Below are positions 31,495 through 41,719 of a stretch of DNA of 64,000 nucleotides, piece after piece. Within the stretch, counting starts at the first letter, position 1; the number at the start of each line of letters is the position of its first letter. Origin of the DNA: an uncultured Gemmatimonadales bacterium. GTDB taxonomy: Bacteria > Gemmatimonadota > Gemmatimonadetes > Gemmatimonadales > GWC2-71-9. The position numbers and the translations under genes were made by a program. The notes under the pieces were generated by a model that was given only the letters and a program-made list of their open reading frames with translations, was not told the origin of the DNA and made no database searches. The stretch lies in contig CAWDPF010000011.1 of assembly GCA_963804125.1 (NCBI GenBank), positions 1 to 64,000 on the forward strand, read 5' to 3'.

Positions 31495-31677
31495 TCAGCA
31501 ACACCGCGTCGGCCCGTCGCCGTAGCGCGCCCGGACGTACTCCTCGTAGAACTCCCGCGCCGATGGCACGTCGCGCTCCGGATGACACCGCCGGAGATGC
31601 GCCACGTGTGCCGCATAGTCGGGCATTCCCGCGACCCGCCGCACCACCTCCAGCACCCGCTCGACCCTAGCCCACAT
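31495..31677 (-). CDS. YbdD/YjiX-family small protein (CstA partner)
   Basis: MWARVERVLEVVRRVAGMPDYAAHVAHLRRCHPERDVPSAREFYEEYVRARYGDGPTRCC* has the characteristic MPDY..YV.H...HP and C-terminal RCC. Immediately downstream of cstA with an 11-nt overlap. Confidence 0.8.
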   Translation of the reverse strand: MWARVERVLEVVRRVAGMPDYAAHVAHLRRCHPERDVPSAREFYEEYVRARYGDGPTRCC

Positions 31678-33713
31678 ACGCGGTCTCCACGAAGGGAGTC
31701 TCCGTCGCCGCCGCCGGCCGCCGCCGGAGAAGCACCAGAATCCACTCGCGCGCCGACGCGGCCACGACGAGCAGCGTGACTGCCATGAACGCGAGCGCCG
31801 TGACGGCGTCGAGCCGGTCGTTGAAGATGAGCCGCGCGCCCCGCGCCGCGTCGAGCGAGCCCGCCGTCACCTGCGCGGCCGTGACGGTCGCATGCGACAG
31901 GAAGCCCAGCCGTGGGTCGGCCGCGAACACCTTCTGCCAGCCCGCGGTGAGCGTCACCGTCAGCACCCAGGCGAGCGGCAGGAGGGTCACCCAGGCATAC
32001 CGCGCCCTGCCGCCCTTGATGAGCACGGTGGTGCCCACGCAGAGCGCCACCGCGGCGAGCAGCTGGTTGCTGATGCCGAAGAGCGGCCAGAGCGAATTGA
32101 TGCCGCCCAGCGGATCGGTGACTCCCTGCACGAGGAAGTACCCCCACGCGGCCACCGTGCCGGCGGAGGTGACGATGATGCTGGGATACCATGAGGTCCG
32201 GCCGAGCGGCGCCCAGACGTGGCCGGCCAGCTCCTGCAGCATGAACCGGCCGACGCGCGTGCCCGTGTCCAGGGTCGTGAGGATGAACAGCGCCTCGAAC
32301 ATGATGGCGAAATGGTACCAGAACGCCACCAGTCCCTGCCCGAACGCGCCGCTCAGGATGTGCGCCATGCCGACGGCGAGCGTTGTTGCGCCGCCCGCGC
32401 GGCCGATCAACGTCCCCTCACCGACGTCGGCGGCCAGCCGGGTGAGCTGGTCGGGCGTAACGGTGAAACCCCAGGTGCGGACCACCTCGGCCGCGGCCTG
32501 CCGGGGTGCCGCCGAGCGTGGCGAGCGGCGCGTTGATGGCGAAGTAGACGCCCGGGTCGAGCAGGGTCGCGGCGCAGAGCGCCATCACCGCCACGAACGA
32601 CTCCATCAGCATCCCGCCGTACCCGATCAGGCGCGCGTCGCTCTCGCGCATGATCATCTTGGGCGTGGTGCCGGAGGCGACGAGCGAATGGAATCCGCTG
32701 ATCGCGCCGCAGGCGATGGTGATGAAGGCGAACGGAAAGAGCTTCCCGGCGAAGATCGGCCCGGTGCCGTCGACGAACGAGGTGACGGCCGGCATGCGGA
32801 GCGGCGGCACCACGAGCAGGATGCCGAGCGCCAGGAGCAGGATCGTCCCGATCTTCATGAAGGTCGAGAGATAGTCGCGCGGACAGAGCAGCATCCAGAC
32901 GGGCAGCACGCTGGCCACGAATCCGTACGCGATGATCACGTAGGCGAGGGTGGTCCCGGACCAGGTGAACATCGGCGCCAGCGTGGGCGAGGTCGACACG
33001 TAGCGCCCGGCCACCAGCGCGAGCATCAGGAGCACCACACCCGCGGCGGAGGCCTGGAGGGTCGCGCCCGGCTGCCACACCTTCATCCAGTAGCCCATCA
33101 GCAGCGCGATCGGAATCGTGCAGGCGATGGTGAACACGCCCCACGGGCTGTCCTTGAGCGCGTTCACCACGACCAGCGCGAGCACGGCCGAGAGGATCAC
33201 CAGGATCGCGAGCACCGCGACCATCGCGAGGAGACCGGTGACCGGCCCGGTCTCCTCCTTGGCCATCTGGCCGAGCGATTTGCCGTCGCGGCGCATCGAG
33301 GCGAACAGGATCACGAAGTCCTGCACCGCGCCCGCGAGCACGACGCCGAGCACGATCCAGATCGTCCCCGGCAGGTAGCCGAACTGGGCCGCGAGCACCG
33401 GCCCGACCAGGGGCCCCGCGCCGGCGATGGCGGCGAAGTGGTGGCCGAAGAGCACCCAGCGCGAGGTCGGCACGTAGTCGCGGCCGTTGGCCAGCCGCTC
33501 GGCCGGGGTGGCCCGGCGGTCGTTCAGGCCGAAGACCCGGTCGGCGAGGAAACGGCTGTAGAATCGGAAGGCCAGCAGGTAGGTGCCGACCGCGGCCAGG
33601 ACGAGCCAGGCGGCGCTGATGGTCTCGCCGCGGTGGAGGGCCAGCATCCCCCAGCCGGCGGCGCCGGCGAGGCCGACGAGCAGCCATGCGATGGCGCGGA
33701 GCATATCGACCAA
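31667..33713 (-). CDS. cstA: carbon starvation protein A (CstA) family transporter, 1 frame disruption (~32450)
   Basis: N-terminal ~430 aa in ORF 32418..33713 (LAFRFYSRFLADRVFGLNDRRATPAERLANGRDYVPTSRWVLFGHHFAAIAGAGPLVGPVLAAQFGYLPG). C-terminal part in ORF 31667..32485. Confidence 0.85.
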
Positions 33714-33791
33714 TTAACAGCGGGCGGGGCGCGAGGTGAAGGGTCCCGCGCTCCTTGCCCTCGCCTCGGGCGCGCCGTACCTTCGAGGCCC

Positions 33792-34658
33792 ATGCCCTTG
33801 CCATCATTCGGGTTCGGTCACCGGCCCTCGTGGGAATTCCAGGCTCCGGAAGGGAGCGGTGCCGCCCTCGAGGAGCCGCAGCCGCAGCCCGCGCGCACCG
33901 GCTGGCGCGGCAAGGTGGCGATCGTCACCGGCGGCGCCACCGGCCTCGGCCGGCACATCGCGATCGAGTTCGGCAAGCTCGGCTGCCACGTCGCGTTCTG
34001 CTTCGTGAACATGCCCGGCCGGGACGTGAGCGAGCAGGCCGTGCTCACCGAAGCCGCGCTCACCGCCATGGGCGTCGGCGTCCTCGCCAAGCGGTGCGAC
34101 GTGCGCGACCGGGACGCCGTGGACCATTTCGTCCTCGAGACCAAGCAGCGGCTGGGCGGTGTGCACTTCCTGATCAACAACGCCGGCATCGCCAGCGACG
34201 GCGCGCTGTGGCGGTTGAGCGTGGAGGCATGGCAGGAGGTGCTCGACACCAACGTCACCGGCGCGTTCAACTGCATCCGCGCGGTGGCGCCCGTGTTCCG
34301 CGGACAGCACTACGGCAAGATCGTGAGCGTCAGCGCGCATCAGGCGGAGCGGCCGGGGTTCGGGGTGGCCAACTACGCCGCGAGCAAGGCGGCACTCCTC
34401 GGACTCACCCGCGCGGCGGCGGTGGAGCTCGGGCCCGCCAACGTCAACGTGAACGCCGTCGCCCCGGGCTTCATCCGCACCGAGCGCATGGCCATGCTGC
34501 CGTCGGAGGTCATCGAGCGGGCGCAGAAGAGCTCGGTCCTCGGCCGCGTGGCGGAGCCGGACGACGTGGCCCACGTGATCTCGTTCCTGTGCTCGGAATC
34601 GGCGCGGCACATCACGGGGCAGACGCTCGTGGTGGACGGGGGGTTGTCGCTGGAGTAG
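33792..34658 (+). CDS. SDR-family oxidoreductase (FabG-like)
   Basis: GKVAIVTGGATGLGRHIAIEF (TGxxxGxG)...NNAGI...YAASKAAL (YxxxK)...VNAVAPGFIRT. Clean. Confidence 0.85.
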   Translation: MPLPSFGFGHRPSWEFQAPEGSGAALEEPQPQPARTGWRGKVAIVTGGATGLGRHIAIEFGKLGCHVAFCFVNMPGRDVSEQAVLTEAALTAMGVGVLAKRCDVRDRDAVDHFVLETKQRLGGVHFLINNAGIASDGALWRLSVEAWQEVLDTNVTGAFNCIRAVAPVFRGQHYGKIVSVSAHQAERPGFGVANYAASKAALLGLTRAAAVELGPANVNVNAVAPGFIRTERMAMLPSEVIERAQKSSVLGRVAEPDDVAHVISFLCSESARHITGQTLVVDGGLSLE

Positions 34659-34707
34659 GTCGGGACCGACTGGTGACGCGCGGTGTCGCGCCTGGCGGCA
34701 TGATTCG

Positions 34708-34742
34708 GATCCCGTCATCCCGAGCGCAGCGAGGGACCTTGG
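34708..34742. repeat. REP-2 left arm (GGATCCCGTCATCCCGAGCGCAGCGAGGGACCTT)
   Basis: Identical over 33-34 nt to the reverse complement of 35050..35084. Confidence 0.85.
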
Positions 34743-34746
34743 TCGG

Positions 34747-35077
34747 ATGCGATCCGACCGCTGCCCGCTGTACGTCTACATCCTCAGCAGCCAGACCGCG
34801 TCTACACGGGTCCACGAATGATCTTCATCGCCGAATGTACCAGCACAAGACCGGGCTGTTTCCCGGGTTCACGCGCGAGTATCAGGTCACCCGCCTCGTT
34901 TACTTCGAATGCCACGCGAGCATCCGCGCCGGCGTCGAGCGCGAGAGGCAGATTAAGAGCTGGCGGCGCGCCAAGAAACTTGCCCTGATCGAATCCATCA
35001 ACGGCGGCTGGCTCGATCTCGCCGCCGACTGGTTTCCGGCTCTATCCCGGCAAGGTCCCTCGCTGCGCTCGGGATGA
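34747..35077 (+). CDS. GIY-YIG nuclease-family protein (COG2827/UPF0213-like, ~105 aa), 1 frame disruption, 3' end runs into REP-2 right arm
   Basis: MRSDRCPLYVYILSSQT then RLYTGSTNDLHRRMYQHKTGLFPGFTREYQVTRLVYFECHASIRAGVERERQIKSWRRAKKLALIESINGGWLDLAADWF. Has the YVYIL ... LYTG-T-DL-RR ... H ... Y and R-E---K---R-K pattern of GIY-YIG. Confidence 0.7.
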
Positions 35078-35084
35078 CGGGATC
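35050..35084. repeat. REP-2 right arm (AAGGTCCCTCGCTGCGCTCGGGATGACGGGATCC)
   Basis: Perfect inverse of the left arm at 34708..34742. Confidence 0.85.
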
Positions 35085-35134
35085 CGCCCGACGGCCGACT
35101 TTTTCCCACCCTCCGCCCCCATTACCTTCCCGCC

Positions 35135-35752
35135 GTGCCCCGCCATTCCGTCATGACGTTCGCATTCGCGCTCCTGCTGGCCACGCCGCTCGTGGCGCAG
35201 AAAGTGCCGGCCGTGCCGGTGCCTTCCCAGGGGTTGGCGGGACAGCAGGTGGCGCTCGTGCCGCTGACGCTCGTCGCTACCGATCCCGCCTTCCAGTCCG
35301 ACACCCTCTTCAACGCATACCGGGACCGCCGCGCCACCCTGACCTGGGCCGATTCCGTGATCGGCGACGCCTTCGTGAGCCGGTCGCCGGAAGTGAAGTG
35401 GGTGCTGCCGCCGGCGCTTCGGAAGATGGCGCGGCGCGCGCCGGGCATCGTCGGCGACCCCGACCAGATGGGCCAGGCCATGCTGCGCGCGCCCAAGCTC
35501 AAGGACGTGCCCGAGCCGCTCCGCGCCTCGCTCCGGAACCTGATGGCGCTCGTCGGCGGCCGCGTGGCGATGGTGCCGGCGGCGCTCAGCTTCAGCCCCG
35601 ATTCCACCGGCCACGTGCGCGCCTCGCTCTCGCTCGTGGCCGCCGACACGCGGGCGGGCAAGATCGTCTGGCGAAGCACGGCGCTCGGCACCGGCCCGAC
35701 ACCGGCCGCGGCCCTCACCGCGGCGCTCTACGGCATCCTCCCGCTCGAATGA
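35135..35752 (+). CDS. hypothetical secreted protein (205 aa)
   Basis: Signal peptide MPRHSVMTFAFALLLATPLVAQ. Clean frame. No recognisable motif. Confidence 0.45.
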   Translation: MPRHSVMTFAFALLLATPLVAQKVPAVPVPSQGLAGQQVALVPLTLVATDPAFQSDTLFNAYRDRRATLTWADSVIGDAFVSRSPEVKWVLPPALRKMARRAPGIVGDPDQMGQAMLRAPKLKDVPEPLRASLRNLMALVGGRVAMVPAALSFSPDSTGHVRASLSLVAADTRAGKIVWRSTALGTGPTPAAALTAALYGILPLE

Positions 35753-36766
35753 CCTACGACGTCACGCTCATCCCGGGTGACGGGATCGGCCCCGAGATCA
35801 CCGCGCAGACCGTGCGCGTGCTCGAGGCCACCGGGCTCCGGTTCAACTGGGACGAGGAGCTGGCGGGAATGGCGGCGGTCGAGGCCACGGGCACCCCGCT
35901 GCCCGACGCCACGGTCGAGAGCATCCGGAAGAACTCGCTGGCGCTCAAGGGCCCGCTCACGACGCCCGTCGGCACCGGGTTCCGCTCGGTCAACGTGGGG
36001 CTCCGGAAGGCATTCGAGCTCTACGCCAACGTGCGCCCGGCCCGGACCATCGTGCCCGGCGGCCGGTTCGATGAACGTGGACATCGTTCTCGTGCGCGAG
36101 AACCTCGAGGGGCTCTACATCGGCGTCGAGCACTTCGTCCAGGTCGGCGACGATCCGCGGGCCGTGGCCGAGTCGATGGCGATCGTCACCCGCGCGGGCT
36201 GCGAGCGCATCGTGCGCTACGCCTTCGAGTACGCCCTGCGCCACGGCCGGAAGAAGGTCACGATCGTCCACAAGGCGAACATCCTCAAGATGGTGAGCGG
36301 GCTCTTCCTGGAAGTGGGACGCAGCATCGCGCGGGAGTACGAGGGACGAGTGGAGGCGACCGACATGATCGTCGACAACACCGCCATGCAGCTCGTCATG
36401 CGCCCCGAGCAGTTCGACGTGATGGTGACCACCAACATGTTCGGCGACATCCTGAGCGACGAGGTCTCCGGCCTCGTCGGCGGGCTCGGCCTCGCGCCCG
36501 GCGCCAACATCGGCACCACGGCGGCCATCTTCGAGGCCGTGCACGGGAGCGCGCCCGACATCGCGGGGCAGGGCATCGCCAATCCCTCCGCCCAGATACT
36601 CGCCGCCGCCATGATGCTGGACCACATGGGCGAGCTCGACCGGGCCCAGCGCGTCCGCGACGCCGTCCGGGACACGATCGTGCGGGACAACATCCGCACG
36701 CGCGACCTCGGCGGCACCGCGTCGACGGAGGAGTTCGGGCGTGCGGTTGCCCGGCGGGTTGCCTGA
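35749..36766 (+). CDS. icd: NAD-dependent isocitrate dehydrogenase (IDH3-type) / isopropylmalate-DH-superfamily enzyme, 1 frame disruption (~36065)
   Basis: [18 protein letters not shown]...[35 protein letters not shown]...then [17 protein letters not shown]...[28 protein letters not shown]...[21 protein letters not shown]. Confidence 0.8.
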
Positions 36767-37034
36767 GGTTCCCTGCGCCAAATGTGAACGGCGGGTCGCG
36801 GGGCTCTCCTGGGGAGACCTCTGCCCCGAATGCCGCGCCGAGCGGCAGGGGCGTGCAACCCGGCTGGCCCACCGCATCTCCCTCGCGGCGACGGCACTGA
36901 TGGCGGTGTACGTCGCGTTCCGACTTCCAGGCGATCCCTCATCGAGGCTCTACGGAGCCGTCGCGGTGCTCGCCACCTACATCATCGTGCGGCGGGTCGC
37001 GAGCCGCGCCGCCATGGAGTTCCTCCCGAAATGA
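36741..37034 (+). CDS. small zinc-ribbon membrane protein
   Basis: [37 protein letters not shown] (CxxC...CxxC) then [17 protein letters not shown]...[11 protein letters not shown]. Overlaps the icd 3' end by 26 nt. Confidence 0.4.
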   Translation: MRLPGGLPEVPCAKCERRVAGLSWGDLCPECRAERQGRATRLAHRISLAATALMAVYVAFRLPGDPSSRLYGAVAVLATYIIVRRVASRAAMEFLPK

Positions 37035-38402
37035 CCACGATCCGCGTGGCCGGCCTCCTCCTGCTGCTCGGCGCGGCCCCTGCCGCGCTCGGCGCGCAGA
37101 CATCGCTCACCATCTACAATGACGGCCGCGTTCTGGTGCGCCGGACGGTGCCGGTCACGGTGCCGAAGGGCACCAGCACCCAGCGCGTGACGCTGGGCGC
37201 GCTCGACCCTGCCTCGCTCTTCTCGCTGGACTCCACGGTGACGCTCGACGGCCTCGCCTACGACGGCGCGGTGGACGAGGGCAGCGTGCTGCGCCGGTCG
37301 GTGGGCCGACGGGTGGTCTTCCGCCTGCCCGAATCGAAGGACACCCTGAGCGCGCTGGTGCTTGGCGTCGACCCGCTCCGGCTCCAGCTTCCCGACGGAA
37401 GCGTGACCTTCAGCCCGCCCGGCGCGGCCATCTACCCGGGCGACGTGGTCGTGGCCGACCCCACCGCCGCGCTCCGGCTCACGAGTGCCAAGGCGCAGGA
37501 TCGCCTGCGTCTCGGCTACTTCACGACCGGCGCGGCGTGGCAGGCCGGCTATCAGGTGATGATCGGTACCAGCCGATGCGCGAGTGACCGGCAGCGCGGT
37601 GATCGAGAGCCAGACGCTCCGGGCCGAGGACGCGGAGCTGCAGCTGCTGGCGGGCGCGGTCGGGCGAGCGCAGCCGTCGGCGCCGCCGGTGCCATACGCC
37701 GGGCGCGCCGTCATGGCCGAGGCGATGGCGATGGACAAGGTGGCGGCGACCGAGCAGCGCGTCGGCGAGTTCCACCTGTACTCGCTTCCCGGCCGCACGT
37801 CGCTCCTGCCGGGCTTGACCAGCACCATCGCGCTCTTCGAGCCGGCTCAGGTCAAGTACGAGCGCAACTACGTCGTGCACGGCATGGTGCCGTGGTGGGG
37901 AGTGCTGCCGCAGCAGGGCGACGAGACCGAGGCGCCGGTCGAGGTGTCGTACACGCTCAAGCGGCCGCGGAAGACCGAGTTCGGCGATCGCCCGCTGCCG
38001 GGCGGAGTCGTGCGGCTGTTCCAGGCGGACAGCGGCGGCCGGCCGCAGCTCATCGGCGAGGCCGCGATGGACCACACGCCTGCCGGCGAGGACGTCCGGC
38101 TCTCGGCCGGCACCGCGTTCGATCTCACCGCCCGTCGCGTGCAGACCAGCTACACCACCCGCCGCGACAGCACCAAGGCCGGCTGGCGCACCCTCGCGAC
38201 GGCCGACTACAAGGTCACCGTCCGGAACGCCACCGACAGCGCCGTCACGGTCGACGTCCGCGAGGAGCGGAGTGGCGAGTGGAGCGTGCTCCAGAGCAGC
38301 GTGCCGGCGGAGAAGATTTCGTCGACGATCACGCGCTTCCGCGTGAAGGTGCCCGCCAAGGGCGAGGCGGCGGTGACGTACCGGCTGCGCGTGGTCTGGT
38401 AG
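37031..38402 (+). CDS. DUF4139-family secreted protein, 1 frame disruption (~37565)
   Basis: Signal peptide [23 protein letters not shown], then TSLTIYNDGRVLVRRTVPVTVPKG. Second half has GEFHLYSLPGRTSL...VRLFQADSGG...ATDSAVTVDVREE...ITRFRVKVPAKGEAAVTYRLRVVW. Confidence 0.55.
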
Positions 38403-38415
38403 CGCGCATTCCGCC

Positions 38416-38485
38416 GAGTCACCCTGAGCGAAGCGAAGGGGACATGCCTCCGGGCATGCCCCCTTCGCTTCGCTCAGGGTGACTC
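38416..38485. repeat. REP-1 palindromic element
   Basis: GAGTCACCCTGAGCGAAGCGAAGGGGACATGCCTCCGGGCATGCCCCCTTCGCTTCGCTCAGGGTGACTC. Confidence 0.85.
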
Positions 38486-38505
38486 TTACCTTGTACTCAA
38501 TGACC

Positions 38506-39372
38506 GCCCCATCCATCTCGATCGTCCACCTCTCCGACCTGCACTTCGGCGGCTACGCCGACCTCACGCAGATCGAGGCGCTCGAGGATTTTCTTCCCAC
38601 CCTTGGCGCCGCTGCCACCGTCGTCTCCGGCGATCTCACGCAGCGCGCCCGGCACGGCGAGTTCCAGGCCGCGCACGCGTTCCTCCGGCGGCTGCGGGCG
38701 CACGCGCCGCTGCTGGTGGTGCCGGGCAATCACGACCTCGAGTGGTGGAAGAGCCCGCTCGGAATCGCCGGCGGTGGAGTCAAGTACGCCAAGTACGCCC
38801 GCTACTTCGGCGAGCTCACCCCGGTGCTGACCATTCCCGGCGCCGTCATCGCCGGCGCGCTCAGCAGCTACGGTGTGGCCTTCGGCTCGCTCACGTTGAA
38901 CCTGAACGACGTGGCGGTGAAGGGCCATCTGCCCGCCCGCGAGACCACCCGGGTCACGAAGATTTTCGAGCAAGCGCCGGCCGACGCGGTCCGGATCCTG
39001 ACCTTCCACCACAACGTGCTGCGGGGCGGCATCTCGCGCCGGATGGGACTGGCCAACTGGCGGGCGGCGTACCGGCGGCTCCTCGCCACCGGGGCCGACG
39101 TCATCCTCTGCGGGCACGACCATCACGAGGGGGCGGGACAGATCGAGGGTGCGCTGGCCGTGAGCACCGCCGGTACCCACAGCTTCCGTACGCGCGGCGG
39201 CCGCCCGTCGGTCTTCAATCTCGTCAGGATCGACGACCGCGCGGTCCATATCCGGCACTACCGCTGGGAGGCCGCCGGCCGGCATTTTCTCACGTCCGAC
39301 ATGAGCTCCTTCGCGCGCCAGGGATCGCCGCGGGTCGCGGTCTCCGTCGCCGGAGGCTCGGGCCCGGTGTGA
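38506..39372 (+). CDS. metallophosphoesterase (calcineurin-like)
   Basis: ISIVHLSDLHFGG...VSGDLTQ...LLVVPGNHD...ILTFHHNV...ILCGHDHHE. Clean. Confidence 0.85.
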   Translation, partial: APSISIVHLSDLHFGGYADLTQIEALEDFLPTLGAAATVVSGDLTQRARHGEFQAAHAFLRRLRAHAPLLVVPGNHDLEWWKSPLGIAGGGVKYAKYARYFGELTPVLTIPGAVIAGALSSYGVAFGSLTLNLNDVAVKGHLPARETTRVTKIFEQAPADAVRILTFHHNVLRGGISRRMGLANWRAAYRRLLATGADVILCGHDHHEGAGQIEGALAVSTAGTHSFRTRGGRPSVFNLVRIDDRAVHIRHYRWEAAGRHFLTSDMSSFARQGSPRVAVSVAGGSGPV

Positions 39373-39373
39373 C

Positions 39374-40036
39374 GTGAACGAGCTGCTCCAGCATCGCCTC
39401 ACGCAGCTGGGCCTGCGGGACGTCGACCGGGTCCTCACGCACACCAATCGGACGGTCATGATCAGCCTCGCGCGACGCGTCCTCCGGGTGCACCGCGGGT
39501 ACGCCAGCGCGCCCGATCGCGTGCTGCGCGCCATCGTGCGATTTCTCGACTCGCGCCTGTCGCGGGCCGCACGCCGGGGCGCCGAGCGCGTCTTCCTGGA
39601 CTTTCCCGTCGAGCTGTACGCGCCCCCGCCATCGCGTGCCGTCCGGCGCGAGCGCCCGCGGCCCGGCGACCTCGTCTGGCTCGAGCGATTGGTCTCGCTC
39701 CACGAGCGGCTGAACGCGGCCCACTTCGGCCGCGCGCTCGGGACCATCCCGATCCGTCTCTCCGGCCGGATGCGCAGCCGGCTCGGCGAGCTGGCCGTCG
39801 ACCTCCACACCGGCCGGCCACTCGAGATCGCGATCAGCCGCCGCCACCTGCTGCGCCATCCGTGGCCCGAGGTGGAGCACACCATGCTGCACGAGATGGT
39901 GCACCAGTGGCAGGCCGAGACCGGGCTCGCTGTGAACCACCTCCGGTCGTTCCGCCAGAAGGCGGTGGAAGTGGGCATCGAGCCGCAGGCGCGCCGGATC
40001 GTCGCCCGCCGGGGCCAGGAGGCCGCCGAAGCGTAG
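39374..40036 (+). CDS. SprT-like zinc-metallopeptidase domain protein
   Basis: ...LHTGRPLEIAISRRHLLRHPWPEVEHTMLHEMVHQWQAETG (HExxH in SprT-like context). Clean. Confidence 0.65.
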   Translation: MNELLQHRLTQLGLRDVDRVLTHTNRTVMISLARRVLRVHRGYASAPDRVLRAIVRFLDSRLSRAARRGAERVFLDFPVELYAPPPSRAVRRERPRPGDLVWLERLVSLHERLNAAHFGRALGTIPIRLSGRMRSRLGELAVDLHTGRPLEIAISRRHLLRHPWPEVEHTMLHEMVHQWQAETGLAVNHLRSFRQKAVEVGIEPQARRIVARRGQEAAEA

Positions 40037-40104
40037 GGCGTGCCCCACCGCACAGCCGGGCCGGGTACGCGCGCTAATCTTTGGGGCTCACGCAAGGAGG
40101 CGTC

Positions 40105-40953
40105 ATGCGGTGGACACCAGGTGGGCGCAGCAGTGATCTGGAGGATCGCCGCGGCAGCAGCGGCGGCGGATTCGGCGGCGGCGGTATGCGGATCGGCCTG
40201 GGCGGCGCCGCCGTCCTGCTGGTCCTGAGCCTCGTCTTCAAGCAGAACTTCTTCGCCCTCCTGGGCGGTGGCGGCGGAGGCGGCGAGCCCGTGGCCGCCG
40301 GACCGGTCGCGAGCACCCCGGAAGAGGAGAAGAAGGTCGAGTTCGTGTCCTTCGTCCTCGACGACGCCCAGGCGACCTGGGCGCGGCTCTTCCAGGCCCG
40401 CGGCAAGACCTACGAGCACGCCAAGCTGGTACTGTTCCGCGACGCGATCCAGTCGGCCTGCGGCTTCGCCGAGGCCGCCACCGGACCGTTCTATTGCCCG
40501 GGCGACGCGAAGGTCTACATCGACCTGGGTTTCTACGACGAGCTGCAGCAGCGCTTCGGCGCGCCCGGCGATTTCGCGCAGGCCTACGTGCTGGCCCACG
40601 AGCTGGGGCACCACGTCCAACGCCTGCTCGGCACGGAGTCCCAGGTGCGCGAGCAGCAGCAGCAGCGGCCCGATCTCGCCAACCAGCTCTCCGTCCGGCT
40701 GGAGCTGCAGGCGGATTGCTATGCCGGCGTCTGGGGCCACGAGACCGCGCAACGGGACATTCTGGATCCCGGCGACGTGGACGAGGGCCTCGGTGCCGCC
40801 GCGGCCGTGGGCGACGACCGGATCCAGCGGATGCAGGGGCAGGGCGTGCATCCGGAAGGATTCACCCACGGCTCGTCGGAGCAGCGCACGAGCTGGTTCC
40901 GGCGCGGCTTCGAGTCGGGCCGACCCGAGGACTGCGACACCTTCAAGAGCTGA
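40105..40953 (+). CDS. YpfJ-family neutral zinc metallopeptidase
   Basis: TM/Gly-rich N-terminus, then [46 protein letters not shown]...[12 protein letters not shown]...[16 protein letters not shown]...DCDTF. Confidence 0.8.
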   Translation: MRWTPGGRSSDLEDRRGSSGGGFGGGGMRIGLGGAAVLLVLSLVFKQNFFALLGGGGGGGEPVAAGPVASTPEEEKKVEFVSFVLDDAQATWARLFQARGKTYEHAKLVLFRDAIQSACGFAEAATGPFYCPGDAKVYIDLGFYDELQQRFGAPGDFAQAYVLAHELGHHVQRLLGTESQVREQQQQRPDLANQLSVRLELQADCYAGVWGHETAQRDILDPGDVDEGLGAAAAVGDDRIQRMQGQGVHPEGFTHGSSEQRTSWFRRGFESGRPEDCDTFKS

Positions 40954-40955
40954 CC

Positions 40956-41400
40956 GTGACCGCCACGGCGCCCGGGCCGCATCCGGTTCTGCTCTACGAC
41001 GGCACCTGCGGCTTCTGCGCCGAGAGCGTCCAGCTCGTGCTGCGACACGACCGACGGCAGACACTGCGCTTCGCCGCGCTGCAGGGCGAGTTCGGGGCGG
41101 CGGTGCGTGCCAGGCATCCGGCGCTCGACTGGGTGGATTCGATCGTCTGGGTCGAGCCCGCTGGCGAGCGGGCCGGAGCGGGTGCTCGTCCGCTCGGATG
41201 CCGCGCTTCGGGTGGCGAGGTACCTCGGCGGATGGTTCACCCTCGCCCGGCTGGGCGCGCTCGTGCCTCGCGCGCTCAGGGACCGGGCGTACGACCTCGT
41301 TGCGCGGCACCGGCACCGGCTGCTCGCGACGGGACCCAGCTGTCTGGTGCCGTCGGCGGACGTACGGGCGCGCTTTCTGGATCCGGTGCCGCGGGCGTAG
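40956..41400 (+). CDS. thiol-disulfide oxidoreductase DCC-family (DUF393), 1 frame disruption
   Basis: [37 protein letters not shown]...[10 protein letters not shown] then [50 protein letters not shown]. Confidence 0.75.
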
Positions 41401-41719
41401 AGCTTCCGGAGCGCCTGGATAGCTGCGCCGAATCCGTGGCGCTGTTGCACGTCCGACACGCCCCGTTCCCTGTCGAAGCCTCAGGCGCTCCCGAGAGGCC
41501 GGGTCGGGTGGCGGCGGCCCGGATGGGTCAGGGTCCAGGGCAGAGTCGTTAAACCGCAGGCCTGTAAAGCTTTAGGCGCTTGCGATCGGGCCAGTATGCA
41601 CGCCCCTCCGCCGCGCGTCCCACCGCGAAGCACTCCAGGCCATACGCTGCCGCGCGTGCGGCTCCCGTGGTACCTTACTTGCCCCTCCATCGCCTCTCCC
41701 ATCGAAGCTCTGGAGTGTG

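Noticed and set aside
31776-34658. 960-aa ORF on + strand, and similar very long ORFs (14552..16369 -, 21415..23712 -, 38497..41316 -, 45400..47451 -)
   Set aside because: These lie antisense to well-supported genes (cstA, atp operon, M1 peptidase, MPE/SprT/YpfJ, TonB receptor). They are Arg/Pro/Gly-rich with no motifs. They are typical stop-codon-poor spurious frames in 70% GC DNA.
34747-35077. GIY-YIG ORF as a transposase / IS element
   Set aside because: There is no DDE or serine/tyrosine recombinase and no target-site duplication recognisable. GIY-YIG proteins of this size are nucleases, not transposases. Mobility, if any, would be homing-like.
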